64,000 bases of DNA from Basidiobolus meristosporus CBS 931.73 (taxonomy: Eukaryota; Fungi; Basidiobolomycota): assembly GCA_002104905.1 (NCBI GenBank), contig MCFE01000044.1, forward strand, positions 62,001-126,000. The letters are read 5' to 3'. The notes under the pieces were generated by a model. The model was not told the origin of the DNA. It saw nothing but the letters and a program-made list of their open reading frames with translations, and ran no database searches. The translations under genes and the position numbers were made by a program. Shown here one piece after another: positions 23,817-36,673 of the stretch (positions are counted from its first letter, which is position 1; each line of letters starts with the position of its first letter).

Positions 23817-26800
23817 TGTTGTAAGAGGTTTGGATATGTGGGAAGTGATTGGGAGGACAAGTAGATTATGTGATTTTCATTTAATGATTAATTGAATGTA
23901 AAAGTAGTATTCATACTTTTACCTGGTCTTGGCATAACAAAACATAGAATAGGTAAAAAAAGGTCCCAATAACATATGTGCAAAGCTTGGAGCTTTTTGG
24001 ACAACTATGAGAATTTCATGTTCTGGGTACCTGGTATTTTGGTGATAATATTCTAAGTAAGTCCCAACAAGGGATTTGGTCAGTATTCTATAGGATTAGA
24101 AGGTAATGATCAAAGTGACTAAGTTGAGTGTATATTTAAGTGGAATTACAAATTCTTTTAACACTCTCATTTAGCTAAATGTTCATACTGACTAGTCCTT
24201 GTTTTGACCTATGATATTCAAACTTGGCTAAAGCTAATGGCTTGGCAAATATGCTGGCAATCATTTCATCTGAAGGACAGCAAATTAAGCTCACTAAGCT
24301 ATTCACTATACTGTCATGTATGAAATGATCTCTAATATCTATGTGCTTAGTTCTAGCATGAAAAGTTGGATTTCTACTTGATTGTATACATCCTTGATTA
24401 TCTTGAAATAAGGTACCAAGTGTTTCTTGACATAAGCCTAAATCTGTAAAAACCTTTCTTAACCACATTGCTTCTTTTATGGCTTCATAGGCTGCCATAT
24501 ACTCTGCCTCTGTGGTAGGAAGTGCTATGGTTTGTTGCTTTCTTGAATTCCATGAAATTGCCGCTTTGGAGTATAGAAAGGTGTATCCTGTGGTAGATTT
24601 TCTGTCTTCCAAACTTTGTCCCCAATCAGAATCAGAATATCCCATAAGATCCTATTTGGAACTCTTATAAGTGTATCTTAAGCAGATATCAGCAGTTCCT
24701 TTTAGGTATCTAAAAATCTGATTAACTGCTGCAATATGGTTAGATCCATGGTTTTGATTATATTGACTGACAACTCCCACTGAATATGAGATATCTGAAC
24801 ATGTTTAAAGCGCAATAAACAGCAGACTGCCAACTATAGACTAATAAGATAAGTCAGGGCTTTCAGATGGCACCAGGCTCTCTTGATTTGGTTGAGTTTT
24901 GATCAAGTTAAGGTTGGTCTCCATTGGGATAGCTGCCAGTTTACAATCTTCCATTTGATACTTCTTTTGTGTATCTTGAATATACTTGGACTGACTGAGG
25001 GTGTAACTGGGTTCTCCTAGATCAGACATCTTAAACTCCTTAGTGAGGCTGGATTTTGTCTTTTCCAATGTGGCTAGATTATTAGCAGCTAAAATGAAAT
25101 TATCAACATATAGAGCTAATAGAACTGGATTTACTCTATCTGGCTTATAGTATGTAGTATAATCAGCATTAATCCTTTTGAAACTCAAAGATTCCAAATA
25201 AGAACCTATCTGTCATTTCCAGGCTTGTGGTGATTGTTTGAGACCATAAAGAGACTTTTCAAGCTTGCAGACCAAATGGGGGTTATCATGTTCAACAAGC
25301 CTATTGGGCTGGTATATATGCTCATCCCCATCAAGCTCTCCATTCAAAAATGAAGTTTTTACATCCATTTGATCAATAAAAAGCTTATATTTTGCTGCAA
25401 TAGGCAATATTGATCTGATGGAATTAAACTTGGCTACCAGTGGAAAGTTATAAGTATAGTCAAGTCCTTTTGTTTGAAAGTGTCTTTTGGCCAGAAGTCT
25501 AGCTTTGTATCTTTCAATTGTACCAACAGCCTTGTATTTTGTCTTGAAGACCCATCATGACTTTTGGTTGGTTGGTAATATGGCCCAGTCCCAAGTTTGA
25601 TTTTCCATCAGGGCCTGATGTTCCTCAGTCATTGCAGATCTCCAAAGCATCTTCTGAGGGCTGTTTATGGCCTGTTTTACAGTCTGGGGCTCATCAAGAT
25701 GGACTGAATAGGCACAGGCTATGTTTGTACCCTTATTGAAATAGTAATTTGGGTTATTTATTATACTGTTGAATCTCCTGGCACTTGATACTGCAATGAG
25801 CACTTCTAGGATATTCCAGGGCACTGATTCTGGCTGAACTACAGCTGCAGAGTCCTATAGAGTGAAAAGATTCTCATTGTCTTGCTCCAATTCAATTTGA
25901 CAATTGGTGGACTTGAGAACAGATTTTTGTCATCATCTGATGTCATTTTTTGTGAAAATTTTGAATTTTCATCAGACTACACATCCCTGGAGTTGATTAG
26001 CTTCTTTGCTTTGGTATTGAAGACCCTGTATGCTTTATTCTCATTGCAGTAGCCCAAAGATATGCATTTCTCACTTTTTAGCTTAAATTTGGCTGATTTC
26101 TGGGCAGTTTTCTGGTATATCCTGTACACCCAATTATTCTTAGATGTTCTGCACTTGGATTGTATTTATACCATTCTCTACATGGAGTAGAATCACAAAG
26201 TATCCCGTTATAGCTCCTATTCATAAGGCATACAGCTGTGGCAACTGATTCTGCCCAAAAATCATATGATAGTGTTTGATAATGGATCATAGATCTTGCC
26301 ATATCAATTATTGATCTATTTACACGCTCTGCTAATCCATTTTGCTGTGGGGAATATGGTACAATAGTCTCTTGCTTTATCCTATGAATTTTGCAATAGT
26401 GGATGAAGAGTATGTAGGTATACTCTCCAATATTGTCTGAGTGTACTTTCTTGATTTTTTCACCCGTTTCTCTCTCCACCATGGCTTTAAAATGCCAGAA
26501 CTCAGACAGCACTTCTTCATTTCTCTCCATGAAGTAGACCTACATGTATCTTGCACAATCATCAGTAAAAGTGGCTGAATACTTCAGTCTGCCCAAGGAT
26601 AAGTTTTGCAAAGGTCCACACAGATCTGAGTGTATTTGATTTGATTTTTCATAGTTTTGATTAGCCCAGGGCTCTTGAACAATTGTCTGGCATGTTTCCC
26701 ACATATGCAGGCTTCACAGTGCTCCAAATTAACTGGGGGAGCAACTTTTACTCCAGAAATTAGCTGATCATTGATCATTTTGGCCAAATAATCAAAATTA

Positions 26801-28285
26801 GTGTGCCCAAATCTCCTGTGCCAAAGCATTGGCATTTCTTCATTTAAGTTACTTATATTGGCTCCCAAATATGATTGAATATAAGTCAATGTGCATAGAT
26901 TCTGATCTCTAATATCTGAAGCAATATGGGCACCTTGATCAGCAATCTTGCATCCAGAGTTGTTAAAGCTGACACTGAGTCCTTCTGCAATGGCCTTGCT
27001 TACAGATAATAGGTTCTTGGCTATTTCTAGTACATAGAGTATGACTTTAATGGTCAGTGTATGGCTTCCTTCACTGCTTTGAGGTTTACCTGGATAGTTC
27101 CTTCTCCCACTGCATCAAGTTTTCTATTGTCACCCATGAAAACCTTCTTGATTGGAATTTCTTGATAATGAGTCAAAAGTTCTTTTTGGTGTGTAAAGCT
27201 TTGAGATGCTCCAGAGTCAATATACCACGTCTGAGAATCCTTGTTTGTGGTCATATTTAGTGCAGATATGAATAGTCTATCTTCAGTTGTTGCGGCCATT
27301 CCATAATCAGGCTTCTTCTGCTGATTATCTTTCTTTTTGAGACACCAGTCTGATGTGTGTCCTTTCCTTTTGCAGTAGTTACAAAACAGGTTGCTGTTGC
27401 CTTTGTAGGGTCTTGGGTACCTCCTTTGCTGGTTATCATTGCTCATTAAAGCACTCTCCTCTTCCTTCTTATTGGTGCTTGATTTTCATAACTCTTCATC
27501 CAAGAGCCTTGCATATATGTAATTTAAGGTCAAATCATCAGTTATGGACTCTAGGGCCAATACAAGGCCCTGAAGCTTGTCTGTTGGGCTATTCAGGATG
27601 GTCCCTATCACATCCTCATCAGCAGTTGGTACACCAACAGATTCCATTTCATTCACCAGCAGGGTAATTATGCTAAATAGATTTTTCATTTCTTCTCCTG
27701 GCTGAATCTATGTAGTAAAGAATTTTTGTGTTGCATACATTTTCTTAGCAGCTGAACATGACTAGTAGGTGTCTTCTAATGCCTTCCAGGCATTCTTTGC
27801 TATTTTGCTCTTGAGCATTGAACTGGCAATTTGTCTTTGAGGCAAATGCAGTTGAAGGCACTTTTCAACCAAGAAGAAAATTCTAGTAATAGCAGTTGTC
27901 AACATTGCAGAGAGTGACAGCTTGGGGCTCATAGCCTGTTGTAAGAGTCATGGAGATATTGGAAGTAATTGGGAGGACAAGCAGATTATGTGGTTTTCAC
28001 TAAATGAATTATTGAATGTAAAAGTAGTATATATACTTTTACATGGTCTTGGCATAACAAACACATAGAAAAAGCTAAGGAAGGTCCCAAGAACATGTGT
28101 GCAAAGTTTGGAGCTGTTTGGATAACTTCAAGAATTCTCATGTTCTGGGTACCTGGTATTTTGGTGAAAATATTCTAATCAAGTCCCAACAAGGAATTTG
28201 GTCAGTATTCTCTAGGATATGAAGGTAATGATCTAAGTGACTAAGTTAGGTGAATATTCAGGTGGAAATACAAATTCTTACAACA
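23817..28285 (-). mobile_element. Ty1/copia family B element B1, two LTRs, heavily decayed
   Basis: LTRs 23817-24163 and 27937-28285; PBS revcomp at 27924-27936. Gag, PR, IN, RT and RH fragments (ORFs 27486-27689, 27054-27446, 26078-26530, 24841-25197, 24175-24645). Flanks GCTGC/GTTTC are not a clean TSD. Confidence 0.9.
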
Positions 28286-30178
28286 GTTTCTTGTATAATT
28301 ATCAATAAAAGTGATTAAATACTTTATCCTACCTAAGGATAAATTTTGCATAGGTCCACACAGATCTGAGTGAATTAGATCTAATTTTTTCTTAGTTTTG
28401 ATTAACCCAGAGCTCTTGAACAGTTGTCTGGCTTGTTTCCCATATATGCAGGCTTCACAGTGCTCCAAATTAGCTGGGGGATTCAATTTTTACTCCAAAT
28501 ATTTGCTGATCTTTGATCATTTTGTGCAAACAATCAAAATTGATGTGCCCAAATCTCCTGTGCCAAGGCATTGATATTTCTTCATTCAGGTTACTTATAT
28601 TAGCTTCCAAATATGATGGAATATAAGTCATCTTGTGTAGACTCTGATCTCTGATACCCAACACAATATGGGGACCATTTTGATCAGTGTTCATGCATCC
28701 AGAATTGTCAAAGCTGAAACTGAGTCCTTCTGCAGTGGCCTTGCTCACAGAGAGTAGGTTCTTGGCTATTTCTGGTACATAGAGTACTTCTTTGTAGGTC
28801 AGTTTATGGCTTCCTTCACTGCTTCTAAGGTTTACTTGAATGGTTCCTTCTCCTACTGCATCAAGTGTTCTATTGTCACCCATGAAAACCTTCTTAATAG
28901 GAATTTCTTGATATTGGGTAAAAAGTTTTTTTTGGTGTGTAAAGTGTTGGGATGCTCCAGAGTTCATATACCACATCTGAGAATTCTTATTTGTGGTCAT
29001 ATTTAGTGCAGATATGAATAGTCTACCTTCAGTTGATGCAGCATTTCCATATCCAGGCTTTTTCAGCTGACTATCACTCTTTTTGAAGCACCAGTCTGAT
29101 GTGTGTCCTTTCCTTTTGCAGTAGTTACAAAACAGGCTGCTGTTGCCTTTGTAGGGTCTTGGGTACCTCATTTGCTGGTTATCATTGCTTATGAAAGCAT
29201 TTTCTTCTTCCTTCTTATTGACACTTAATTTTCCTAATTTTTCATCCAGGAGCCTTCCATATATGTAATTTAAGGTCAAATCTTCAGTTCTGGGCTCTAG
29301 GACTGATACATGGCCTTGAAACCTGTCTGTCAGGTTATTCAGAATGGTAACTATCACATCCTCATCAGTAGTTGGTGCACCCACAGATTCATTTCATCCA
29401 CCAGCAGGGTAGTTCTATTAATTAGATTTTTCATTTCTTCACCTGGCAGCATCTTTGTAGTAAAGAATTTCTGTCTCAGGTTCACTTTCTTAGCAGCTGA
29501 ACATGACTGGTACAAATCCTCTAATGCCTTCCCGGCATTCTTTGCTGCTTTTGCTTTTGTGCATTGAATTGGCAATTTGTCTTCAGCATTAAGGCAAATG
29601 CTGTTAAAGGCACCTTGTTCTTTCTTCTGGTACTTCAAGGCTTCCTCTCCCATGTTTTTAGGAGGGCTTTCTTCTCTCATGACAATATCCCAAAGGCCTC
29701 TTTCTTGAAGCAGCATCTTCATCTTCACCTTCCACACTTGGTAGTTAGCTCCATCCAACTTTTCAGCCAAGATAAAAATTCTAGTAATGGCAATTGTAGA
29801 CATTGCAGAGAGTGACAGCTTGGGGCTCATAACCTGTTGTAAGAGTCTTGGAGATATTGGAAGTAATTGGGAGAACAAGTAGATTATGTGGCTTCACTTA
29901 ATGATTTAGTGTATGTAAAAGTAGTATTTATACTTTTACATGGTCTTGGCATAACAAACAAACAGAATAGGTCAAGGAAGGTCCCAAGAACATGTGTACA
30001 AAGTTTGGGGCTGTTTGGACATTTTGAGATTTTATGTTCTGGGTACCTGGTATTTTGGTGAAAATATTCTAAGTAAATCCCAACAAGGAATTTGGTCAGT
30101 ATTCTCTAGGATATGAAGGTAATGATCCAAGTGACCAAGTTAGGTGAATATTTAGGTAGAATTTCAAATTTTACAACA
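28286..30178 (-). mobile_element. Family B element B2, 5' half (LTR 29835-30178, PBS, gag-PR, start of IN), truncated at the B1 5' LTR
   Basis: ORFs 29354-29878 and 28470-29384; PBS revcomp GGGGCTCATAACC at 29822-29834. Confidence 0.9.
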
Positions 30179-30332
30179 AATTCAACTTGTCTATAAGAAA
30201 GTGAGCTAAGTTGACCAAGTTACTCTCAATGGCTTCATGTATGCAATGATGTCTAATTTCTATATGCTTAGTTCTGTATGTTAATATTGATTTTTACATA
30301 AGTGTATACTTCCTTGATTATCTTGAAACCAG

Positions 30333-31641
30333 TGTCAAAGATTGTAATTTCACCTAAATATTTGCCTAACTTAGTCACTTTGATCATTGCCTACAAATCT
30401 TAGAGAGTACTGGCCCAATTCCTGGTTGGGTTTTACTTAGAATATTTTCACTAAAATATCAGGTAACCACAACATAAAAATCCAACAAGTTGCCCAGACA
30501 GCCCCAAATATTGCATACATGCTCTTGGGGCCATTCTGACTCTATTATGGATGTTTGTTATGCCCAGACTATGTAAAAGTATAAATAGTACCTTTACATT
30601 CAATAAATTATTAAGCAAAAACCACATAATCTACTTGTTCTCCCAATCACTATTAGTATTTCCATGACTTGTACAACAGGTTAACAGCCTCAAGCAGTCA
30701 CTCTCTGCAATGACTGCCACTGCTATTACCTGAGCTTTTTTCTCTCCTGAAAAGTTGGATGGATCTAACTACCTAGTATGGAGTGTGAAGATGAAGATGA
30801 TGCTACAAGAAAGAGGCCTTTGGAGTGTTGTAATGAGAGAAGAATACCCTTCTCAAAGCATGGGAGAGGAAGCCTCAAGGTACCAGAAGAGAGAACAAAG
30901 TGCTGTTAATTGTATTTGCCTTAACATCAGAGAAAAATTGCTAATTCCATGCTCAAGAGCAAAAGCAGCAAAGAATGCCTGGAAGGGATTGGAAGACAAA
31001 TACCAGTCATGTTCAGCTGCAAAGAAAATGTAAATTTGACAAAAATTCTTTACTACAAAGATGCTCCCTGGAGAAGATATGAAAAATCTCATTATCAGAA
31101 TTATCCTGCTGATGGACAAGATCCAATCTGAAGGTATACCAACCACTGATGAGGATGCAATAGTTACCATCTTGACTAGCCTGGCAGACATGCTTCAGGG
31201 TCTTATATCATCCCCAGAGTCCACAACTGGAGATTTGACCTTAGGTTACATAAATAAAAGGCTCATGGATGAATAATTAAGAGAATCAATCATCATTAAG
31301 AAGGAAGAAGAAAATGCTTTAATGAGCAGTGATAACCAACAAAGAAGGTTCTCAAGACCCTTCATAACCAATAGCAGCCTGTTTTGCAGCTACTGCAAAA
31401 GGAAAGGACACATATCAGACTGGTGTCTCAAATAAGAGAGATGCTCAGTAGAAAAAGCCTGTATCTGGAAATGCTGCAACAACAGAAGATATACTATATG
31501 TATCTGCCCTAAATATGAACACAAAAAAAATTCTTAAATGTTTACATTGACTCTGGAGCATCACAACACTGCACACACCAAAAAGAACTTTATGCCAAAT
31601 ATAAAAAAACTGTTGTATGATGACTTATATTTGGCCATAAT
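30333..31641 (+). mobile_element. Family B element B3: LTR (~30333-30678), degenerate PBS and decayed gag
   Basis: GGTTAACAGCCTC after the LTR; ORFs 30755-31033 and 31061-31276 are family B gag. Confidence 0.85.
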
Positions 31642-34600
31642 TGTTGTTAAGATTTGTAATTCCTCCTAAATACTCACCTTACTTAGTCACTTGGATCATT
31701 ACCTTCAAATCCTAGAGAATGCTTACAAAATTCCTTGCCGGGATTTACTTAGAATATTGTCATCAAAATACTAGGTACCAAGAATATGAAAATCCTCATA
31801 GTTGTCCAAACAGCCCCAAACTTTGTACACATGCTCTTGGGACCTTCCTTGACTAATTCTATTTGTTTGTTATGCCAAGACCATATAAAAGTATAAATAC
31901 TACTCTTACATTCAATAAATCATTAAGTGAAAACCACATAAACTACTTGTCCTCCCAATCACTTCCAATATCTCCAAGACTCATACAACAGGTTATGAGC
32001 CCCAAGCGGTCACTCTCTGCAATGTCTACAACTGCTATTACTGGAACTTTTATCTCTGCTGAAAAGCTGGATGGAGCTAACTACCAAGTGTGGAAGGTGA
32101 AGATGAAGATGCTGCTTCAAGAAAGAGGCCTTTGGGATATTGTCATGAGAGAAGAAAGCCCTCCTAAAAACATGGGAGAGGAAGCCTTAAAGTACCAGAA
32201 GAAAGAAGAAAGTGCCTTTAACTGCATTTGCCTCAATGTTAAAGACAAATTGCTAATTCAATGCTCAAGAGCAAAAACAGCAAAGAATGCCTGGAAGATG
32301 TTAGAAGACATCTACCAGTCATGTTCAGCTGCTAAGAAAACGCATCTGAGACAAAAATTCTTTACTACAAAGATGCTGCCACAAGACAATATGAAAATCT
32401 AATTAACAGAATTACCCTGCTGGTAGATGAGATGGAATCTGTGGGTGTACCAACTACTGATGAGGATGTGATAGTCACCATCCTGACTAGCCTGACAGAT
32501 AAGTTTCAGGGCCTTGTATCAGCCCTAGAGTCCAGAACTGAAGATTTGACCTTAAATTACATATATGGAAGGCTTCTGGATGAAGAATTAAGAGAATCAA
32601 GCGCCAATAAGAAGGAAGAAGAAAATGCTTTAATAAGCAATGATAACCAACAAAGGAGGTACCCAAGACCCTACAAAGGCAACAGCAACCTGTTTTGCAA
32701 CTACTGCAAAAGGAAAGGACACACATCAGACTGGTGCTTCAAAAAGTGAGATAGTCAGCTGAAGAAGCCTGGATATGCAAATGCTGCATCAACTGAAGAT
32801 AAACTATTTGTATCTGCACTAAATATGACCACAAGTAAGAATTCTCAGATGTGGTATTTGGACTCTGGAGCATCCCAACACTTTACACACCAAAAAGAAC
32901 TTTTTACCCAATATCAAGAAATTCCTATTAAGAAGGTTTTCATGGGTGCCAATAGAACACTTGATGCAGTGGGAGAAGGAACTATCCAAGTAAACCTAAG
33001 AAGCAGTGAAGGAAGCCATACACTAACCTTTGAAGAAGTATTCTATGTACCAGAAATAGCCAAGAACCTACTCTCTGTGAGCAAGGCTACTGCAGAAGGA
33101 CTCAGTTTCAGCTTTGACAATTCTGGATGCAACAACACTGATCAAAATGGTGCCCATATTGCTTTGGGTACCAGAGATCAGAGTCTATACAAGATGACTT
33201 ATATTTCATCATATTTGGAAGCCAGTATAAGTAACCTGAATGAAGAAACATCAATGCTTTGGCACAGGAGATTTGGGCACATCAATTTTGATTATTTGCG
33301 CTAAATGATCAAAGATCAGCTAATTTCTGGAGTAAATATTAATCCCCCAGCTAATTTGGAGCACTGTGAAGCCTGCATATATGGAAACCAAGCCAGACAA
33401 CTGTTCAAGAGCTCTGGGCTAATCAAAACTACGAAAAAATTAAATCTAATTCACTTGGATCTGTGTGGACCTATGGAAAATTTATCCTTAGGCAGGATGA
33501 AGTATTTAATTACTTTTATTGGTGATTATACAAGATACACATTGGTCTACTTCATGGAGAGATAGGAGAAGCTCTGTCTAAGTTCAGGGAGTTCAAAGCC
33601 ATGGTGGAGAGAGAAACTGGTGAAAAATTCAAGGAAATATGCTCTGACAATGGTGGAGAATATACCTCCTAACTCTTCATCTACTTGGGCAAAATTCATG
33701 AAATAAAGCAAGAGACTACTGTATTATACTCCCCACAGCAAAATGGAGTAGCAGAACATGCTAATAGATCAATAGTTGATATGGCAAGATCTATAATCCA
33801 TGCTCAAAAATTATCCTATGAATTTTGGGAAGAATCAGTTGCCACTGCTTTATACCTTAAAATAGGAGTTATAACAGAATACTCTGTGATTCTGCTCCAT
33901 CTGAAGCATGGTATGGATACAGACCAAATGCAGAACATCTAAGAATATTTGGGTGTACAGCATATGCCAAGAAACTGCCCAGAAATCAGTCAAAATTTGA
34001 TCCAAAAAGTATAAAATGCAAACTTCTGGGCAACTGCAATGAGAGTAAAGCATACAGACTCTACAATGCCAAAGCAAAGAAGCTAATCAAGTCCAGGGAT
34101 GTGCTGTTTGATGAAAATTCAAAATTCTCACAAAAAATGACATCAGATGATGATGAAAATCTGATCTCAAGTCTACCAATTGTGATGACTGAATCAGAGC
34201 AAAACAATGAAATTTTTTTTCACTCCAGAGGACTCTACAACTGTGGTTCAGCCAGAATCAGTGCCCAGTAATATCCCAGAAGTGAGCATTCCAGTATCAA
34301 ATGCCAGGAAATCCAATTGAACAAGAAATAGCCCAAATTACTATATCAATGAGGGTACAAACTTGGCCTATGCATATTCAGTCCATATTAATGACCCCCA
34401 GACTGTAAAAGAGGCCCTAAATAGCCCTCAGACAAAGTTTTGGAGATCCGCAATGACTGAGGAATTCAGGCCCTGATGGAAAGTCAAACTTGGGACTTAG
34501 TCAAATTACCAATCAACCAAAAATCAATTGGATACAGATGGGTCTTCATAACAAAATACAAGGCTGATTGTACAGTTGAGAGATACAAAGCAAGACTTGA

Positions 34601-36673
34601 AGCTAAAGGATACTCTCAAACAAAAGGACTTGACTATACTGAGACCTTTGCACTGGTAGCCCAGTTTAATTCTATCAGATTGATATTGGCTATTGCAGCC
34701 AAATATAAGTTTTTATTCATCAAATGGAAGTAAAAACTGTATTTTGAATGGAGAACTTGATGAGGACATGTATATAGACCAGCCTGATGGGTTTGCTGAC
34801 CAGGATAACCCCCATTTGGTCTGCAAGCTTAAAAATCACTATATGGTCTCATACACTCACCAAGAGCCTGGAATTGCAAGATAAATTCTAATTTGGAATC
34901 TTTAAGTTTCAAAAGGAGTAATGCTGACTATAGTATATATTACAAGCTAGATAGAGCAAATCCAGTTCTATTAGCACTCTATGTGGATGATTTTATTATT
35001 GTTGTTAGAGTTGCAGAGATATTGGAAGTGATTGGGAGGACAAGTAGATTATGTGGTTTTCACTTAATGATTTATTGAATGTAAAAGTAGTATTTATACT
35101 TTTACCTGGTCTTGGCATTACAAACACGTAGAATAGGTTAAGGAAGGTCCCAAGAACATGTGTGTGAATTTGGGGCTGTTTGGACAACTTTGAAAATTTT
35201 CATGTTCTGGGTACCTGGTGTTTTGGTGAAGATATTCTAAGTAAATCCCAACAAGGAATTTTGGTCAGTATTCTCTAGGATTTGAAGGTGATGATCTAAG
35301 TGACTAAGTTAGGTGAATATTTAGGTGGAAATACAAACTTTTACAAGAATTATAGCCGCCAATAACCTAGCAACATTGGAAGTGACTAAATACAGCCTAT
35401 CTAAAGAGTTCAAGATGTCTGATCTAGGAGAACTCAGTTACAACGTAGGGATTAAGTTCTCCATAGACAGAAGTACCCAGACTATTATCCTAAGCCAATC
35501 CAAGTATATTCAAGATATACTAAAGAAGTACCAAATGGAAGACTGTAAACCGGCAGCTACCCCAATGGAGACAAACCTTAGCTTGGTCAAAACTCAACCA
35601 AATCAAGAGAGCTTGGTGCCATCTGAAAGCCCTGACTTTCCTTATCAATCTATGGTCAGCAGTCTGATGTATATCATGCTTGGAACACGTCCATGTATCT
35701 CATATTCAGTGGGAGTTGTCAGCCAATGTAATCAGAACAATGGATCTGATAATATTGCAGCAGTTAAGCGGATTTTTAGATACCTAAAAGGAACTGCTGA
35801 TATCTGCTTAAGATACATTTATAAGGATTCAGAACAGGATCTTGTGGGATACTCTGATGCTGATTGGGGACAAAATTTGGAAGACAGAAGATCCACCACA
35901 GGATACACCTTTCTTTCTGTAAAGGAGCAATTTCATGGAATTCAAGAAAGCAACCTACTGTAGCACTTTCCACCACAGAGGCAGAGTATATGGCAGCCTG
36001 TGAAGCTACAAACAAAGCATTGTGGTTAAGAAAGCTTTTTACAGATTTGGGCCTATGTCAAAAAACGCCTATTACTTTATTCCAAGATAATCAAGGATGT
36101 ATACAATTAGGTAGAAGTTCAACTTTTCATGCTAGAACCAAGCACATAGATATTAGACATCATTTCATATGTGAAGCTATAGAGAATAACTTAGTTAGCT
36201 TAGGTTACTTCCCTTCAGAGGAAATGATTGCAGATATAATTACCAAACCATTAGCTAGAGACAAGTTTGAAAATCTTAGGTCAAAATTAGGACTAGTCAG
36301 TATGAACATTTAGCTGAGTGGGAGTGTTGTAAAAATTTGTAATTCCATCCAAATATTCACCTAACTTAGTCACTTAGATCAATATCTTCATATCCTAGAG
36401 AATACTGACCAAATTCCATGTTGGGACTTACTCAGAATATTTTCACCAAAATACCAGGTACCTAGAACATGAAAATTCTCAAAGTTGTCCAAACAGCCCC
36501 AAACCTTGCACACATGTTCTTGGGACCTGCCTTAACCTATTCCACATGTTTTTAATGCCAAGACCATGTAAATGTATAAATAGTACTTTTACATTCAATA
36601 AATCATTAAGTGAAAACCACATAAGCTACTTGTTCTCCCAATCACTTCCAGTATCTCCAAGACTCTTACAACA
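31642..36673 (+). mobile_element. Family B element B4, near full length, decayed, interrupted by a solo LTR
   Basis: LTRs 31642-31990 and 36325-36673 (visibly diverged, roughly 15%); PBS 31991-32003; gag, PR, IN, RT and RH fragments; PPT GAGTGGGAG. Flanks ATAAT/GAATT do not match. Confidence 0.9.
35000..35348 (-). repeat. Solo family B LTR inserted antisense into B4 RT, with 5-bp TSD ATTAT
   Basis: ATTAT at 34995-34999 and 35349-35353. Removing the LTR restores TAT GTG GAT GAT TTT ATT ATA GCC GCC (YVDDFIIAA). Confidence 0.95.

Noticed and set aside
31863-32003. Reading frame running through the family B LTR in frame with gag (MPRP.KSINTT...SQSLPISPRL), open in several LTR copies
   Set aside because: The ATG lies upstream of the LTR TATA-like box, and the frame is broken in the B1 (TGA) and B2 (1-nt deletion) 5' LTRs. 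Shared ancestry explains the openness.
23817-36673. B1 and B4 as intact single insertions datable by LTR divergence
   Set aside because: Flanking 5-mers do not match (GCTGC/GTTTC; ATAAT/GAATT) and the LTR pairs are quite diverged, so they may be recombinant composites.
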